Shown: piece after piece, positions 55,003-57,935 of the stretch
Position numbering within the stretch: the stretch's first letter is position 1
Layout of the letters: the number at the start of each line of letters is the position of its first letter
From: a virus
Taxonomy: Duplodnaviria; Caudoviricetes
DNA length: 57,935 nucleotides
IMG/VR virus record: IMGVR_UViG_3300025872_000064
Location: 1-57,935 of that record
Strand: one strand, 5' to 3'
Program-made: the position numbers and the translations under genes
The notes under the pieces: model-generated
What the model saw: only the letters and a program-made list of their open reading frames with translations
Told to the model about the DNA's origin: nothing
The model's database searches: none

Positions 55003-55853
55003 TTCCAGACAGCGATATACCTGGAGCCGGGATTGAGCCACATCTGCCAGCCTGCCCGCTGCATCAGCCTGTGATGCCCAACGTGCTCGCAGTCCTCGCC
55101 GCTGTAGCCTCCTGCCAGAAACGCTTCCGTCCAATATACCGCGAGGCCGCCGAAGGCCGAGTTCATCGGCAGCGGCGGCGAGCCGACGGGGGGGAGGAAC
55201 GAGGAGAACCATGTGAAGCCGATCTCGTTGCGGCGATCCCGCCACCAGTTCGGCCGCGCGGCCCAGGCGTCATAGTGGGCCACGCCCACATTCCCGTCCT
55301 CCTGCGGCATCCGAATCAGCGAATAGGAGGCCATGCCGCCAGGCGGGGTCGTCGAGCCGCTGGAACGCTTGTGGGCGAGCCAGGCGATGCTGTTGAAGAC
55401 ACCATCGACGCTGAACCCGTGCTCCGGGTCAAGGTCGATGACGATGGTGAACGCGGTGCCAGCGGCGTTCTGCTTCACCCACTCCAGGCACCTGTTGCGG
55501 CAGTGGGCCAGGCGGATCGTCCGCTCCGGCTCGAAGCCGCGGGAGTCGATGCCGCCGAGGGTGTCATGCTCGACCGTCAGCCACGGCAGGAGTTCCGCGG
55601 CCTTGTCCAAGCCGACGTTCGTCCCGTCCGTGGAGTCGTTCTCGTAGACGAACATCCGGCAGTCTTGGAAGCCACGCTGCACCTCGACCAAGAGGTCGAA
55701 CGTGTTCCCCATCGCCGGCATGGCGTTTCTGGCGATCGCCACGATCGTCGCCTTCAGGTCGGCGGCGATGGCGCGGCCCTCGGCCACCTTCGCCGCGTAG
55801 GCGTCGGCGTACTCCTGATCGACGCCCCACACATCTTCCGGTCGCTTAATCAT
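54999..55853 (-). CDS. GT-A glycosyltransferase (CAP59/GT69-like)
   Basis: YENDSTD.T, LAHCRN, IDLD, YDAWA, SAFGGLAVY, DCEHV. Confidence 0.8.
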   Translation of the reverse strand: MIKRPEDVWGVDQEYADAYAAKVAEGRAIAADLKATIVAIARNAMPAMGNTFDLLVEVQRGFQDCRMFVYENDSTDGTNVGLDKAAELLPWLTVEHDTLGGIDSRGFEPERTIRLAHCRNRCLEWVKQNAAGTAFTIVIDLDPEHGFSVDGVFNSIAWLAHKRSSGSTTPPGGMASYSLIRMPQEDGNVGVAHYDAWAARPNWWRDRRNEIGFTWFSSFLPPVGSPPLPMNSAFGGLAVYWTEAFLAGGYSGEDCEHVGHHRLMQRAGWQMWLNPGSRYIAVWK

Positions 55854-56583
55854 TGTTTACCGTCCAGAGTTCAAAAGGCTGCACCACCGGCACCGACGAA
55901 TCGCACCAGACTTCGCCGCCGAGGGATCGAATCGACTCGCAGAGGCCGACGAGGCCGTTGCCGTTCATGCGGGCGCCTTGGCGGATGTACGCGGCGTCCA
56001 GGAGCACCACGCTCCCGACGCTGTCCAGGCGAAACGGGCCGTCCTGCCGGTAGCACTCGTGATATGGTGGCTTGTTGCCAAAGCGGACGCCGTCCTTTCT
56101 GTACCCCCAGGTGTCATAGAAGATCGGCGGGTCGAGCGTCAGTCGTTTCGGCGTGCGGATGCCGAGTTCCGGGTGCGCTGGGCAGTGCGACAGCCACGGC
56201 CAGCCGCCGGCGGCACCGATGGCCTCGGCCCCCAGGCAGTCGGCGTTGCCGAGAGCCACGGCGACGTCGGGGAGCGTGAACAGATCGCTCTCGTGCCAGA
56301 GAACGTGCGTGTCTGTGTCGCGGACGTAGTCCAGGATCGCGTCGCCGGCAGCCGAGAGCCGTGGCAGGCGGTCTTCCAGTTGCTCCTCCGGCTCGACGAG
56401 AATCTCGCACTCCACGCCGCAGTAGCCGGCCATCGCCGAGAGCATGTGCGGCGTCGCGTCCCGCCCCGGCCGGACGGTAAACATCCAGCGGTCGACGTTG
56501 ACCTTCTGAAACAGGTGCATCGCACGATCCGCGAGGTGCTTGCCCGCGTCCTGATACCACATCGAGATGCCGACGATGCTCAT
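55846..56583 (-). CDS. GT-A glycosyltransferase-like protein (Anp1-like)
   Basis: VLWHESD, FYDTWGYR, LDSVGS.VLL, G.VW.D. Confidence 0.7.
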   Translation of the reverse strand: MSIVGISMWYQDAGKHLADRAMHLFQKVNVDRWMFTVRPGRDATPHMLSAMAGYCGVECEILVEPEEQLEDRLPRLSAAGDAILDYVRDTDTHVLWHESDLFTLPDVAVALGNADCLGAEAIGAAGGWPWLSHCPAHPELGIRTPKRLTLDPPIFYDTWGYRKDGVRFGNKPPYHECYRQDGPFRLDSVGSVVLLDAAYIRQGARMNGNGLVGLCESIRSLGGEVWCDSSVPVVQPFELWTVNND

Positions 56584-56586
56584 AGG

Positions 56587-56790
56587 TCAAATATCCAGCA
56601 TTTCCGAGGGAATCTTGGCTCGCAGCGTCTCGCACAACTTCCGCACGGCGTCAGACGAATCGCCGTGCTTGAGAATCGACCGGCAGTGCTGGTCGATGTC
56701 CCACAAGACCGTCAAGGCGTCGCGGCCGAGGCGGGCGGCGTCATATTCGCCTTGCTCGTCGGGGAGCGTGAATGTGAAGGTGGCTTTCAT
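56587..56790 (-). CDS. Conserved phage hypothetical protein
   Basis: MKA...F.LP.EQ.EY..A..G...LWDIDQ..RS.LKHG. Confidence 0.75.
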   Translation of the reverse strand: MKATFTFTLPDEQGEYDAARLGRDALTVLWDIDQHCRSILKHGDSSDAVRKLCETLRAKIPSEMLDI

Positions 56791-56807
56791 GGCTTACGCC
56801 CGGCAGC

Positions 56808-56933
56808 GTTCTCGACATTATCCAGCACGTTATCCAGCACCGCCGCGTGTCTCGCGGCCGAACGGCGCATCCCTGCGGCGTGTTATCCAGCGGGACGGGC
56901 GTTTATACGGGTCTGTAGAAACACTGGTTCTCT
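56808..56933 (+). other. Candidate attI-like site
   Basis: GTAGAAA-CACTG-GTTCTCT simple site with no attC hairpin; upstream RTTATCCAGC x3 (56817, 56829, 56882). Confidence 0.5.
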
Positions 56934-56936
56934 CCA

Positions 56937-57773
56937 CTACGCCACGTCCATCGGCAACGCTTGTTGCGCCAGCCGTTTCCTGCTGATCTCGACGTATTCA
57001 GGGTTCACCTCGATCCCGATGAACCTCCGCCCCGTCTCACTCGCCATCATCGCCGTCGTGCCGCTGCCGCTGAATGGGTCGAGCACCACGTCGCCTGAGT
57101 TGCTCCAGCTCACGATATGGTCGCGGGCCAGCCGCTCAGGAAACTGTGCTGGATGAAACCTCTTGCGGCTGCTCGTCTCTGGTGCCACGTTCCAAACATT
57201 GAACCGTATTCCGTGCTCTGCCATCCGCTTCCCTTCATGTGATTTGCGGATCAGATCACCGCTCGGCAGGCGAATCGTTCCAGCCTTTCCGATTGCACCA
57301 GCGTAAACGTTCTTCCGATCCCGAATCGGGTTGAACGTCTTCGGCTTTCCTTTGCTGAAAACGAGCATGTATTCACTGCTCGGCCCGTATCGAACACGAA
57401 CCGACCCTACTCCAGTGAAGCACCCTTTGTTCCAGATCATCGTGTCGTGAAGTCGCAGGCCGATTCCCTTGAAATGCAGCGCCTGCGAAAAACTCGTCCC
57501 TGTCTCGTCGCCGTCTTTCGTCTCGTCGTTGACCACCCACACAATGACCCCGCCCGGCTTAAGCAGCCGCTTCAGATTCCACGCCACCCCGTAGAAATCC
57601 CACGAGTGGCCGCCGTAGGTGCGAAGGTCATCGTATGGCGGGCTCGTCACCACGAGGTCAATCGACTCGCTCGGCATCTGCCGCATCACTTCGCAGTTAT
57701 CCCCGCAAATGATTTGATCCAGCGGGAGAGAACCAGCCGATGCAACGGACGGCCCTGCTACGTCATGTGTCAT
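56937..57773 (-). CDS. Site-specific DNA methyltransferase (N4-C/N6-A, beta class), carried as a gene cassette
   Basis: VTSPPY, HPAQFP, VLDPFSGSGTT; GAGGA RBS and ATG lie inside attC 5. Confidence 0.93.
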   Translation of the reverse strand: MTHDVAGPSVASAGSLPLDQIICGDNCEVMRQMPSESIDLVVTSPPYDDLRTYGGHSWDFYGVAWNLKRLLKPGGVIVWVVNDETKDGDETGTSFSQALHFKGIGLRLHDTMIWNKGCFTGVGSVRVRYGPSSEYMLVFSKGKPKTFNPIRDRKNVYAGAIGKAGTIRLPSGDLIRKSHEGKRMAEHGIRFNVWNVAPETSSRKRFHPAQFPERLARDHIVSWSNSGDVVLDPFSGSGTTAMMASETGRRFIGIEVNPEYVEISRKRLAQQALPMDVA

Positions 57774-57815
57774 GGTGAGTCCTCTGGTGGCCGCCGTTGA
57801 TCTTCCGTGTTCTCT
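57727..57815 (+). repeat. attC-like recombination site 5
   Basis: AGAGAAC-CAGCC-GATGCAACGG...CCGTTGATC-TTCCGT-GTTCTCT. Confidence 0.85.
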
Positions 57816-57935
57816 CACTTCGTCCGTTCAATCAACGCCCGCAGCGTGGACACGACATTCGCCTCGCGCCTTTCATCATCGGCGTCTGCTTTGTCGCAAA
57901 GAGCAGCACACTCGCAAGTGAATATCGCTTCCTCA
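57815..57935 (-). CDS. 3' part of a small hypothetical cassette protein (...STLRALIERTK*)
   Basis: Open frame from the window end to a TGA abutting R' of attC 5. Confidence 0.6.
   Translation of the reverse strand, partial: EEAIFTCECAALCDKADADDERREANVVSTLRALIERTK

Larger units (their letters stand above)
1..57935. mobile_element. Temperate tailed phage (siphovirus-like, HK97 head module), probably complete and circularly permuted
   Basis: Terminase, portal, protease, capsid, head-tail, tail tube, chaperone, tape measure, integrase, replication genes; no host housekeeping genes; partial ORFs at the two ends join in frame. Confidence 0.92.

Noticed and set aside
56817-56891. DnaA boxes or replication origin (TTATCCAGC resembles TTATCCACA)
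   Set aside because: Only 7/9 match, no AT-rich unwinding region, and far from the replication genes; attI-like repeats fit the position better, though not proven

Overview
The window looks like a complete or near-complete, circularly permuted genome of a temperate HK97-type siphophage of about 58 kb. The host is probably a Planctomycete, inferred from gene content and not verified. Most genes are on the minus strand: a sugar-modification cluster, two DNA methyltransferases, TatA, CsrA, a primase-polymerase/helicase replication module, tail and head modules, terminase, HNH nuclease, a papain-like peptidase/membrane cluster and glycosyltransferases. A tyrosine integrase and an array of about 14 small early-type genes (46.2-51.4 kb) are on the plus strand. 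The most striking feature is an integron-like gene-cassette array spanning the window ends. It has five attC-like sites (83-138, 410-499, 770-818, 1042-1096, 57727-57815) and a candidate attI (~56808-56933). It shows the R''/core-site complementarity expected of mobile cassettes, the ORFs run antisense to canonical attC polarity, and there is no IntI in the window. Other highlights are a repeated covarying hairpin module between the early genes, a phage TatA with two Tat-signal proteins, CsrA with GGA-loop hairpins in late-gene leaders, a HiPIP-like domain on the prohead protease, and a possible virion glycosylation pathway. All product calls come from motif recognition by eye; no database search was run.
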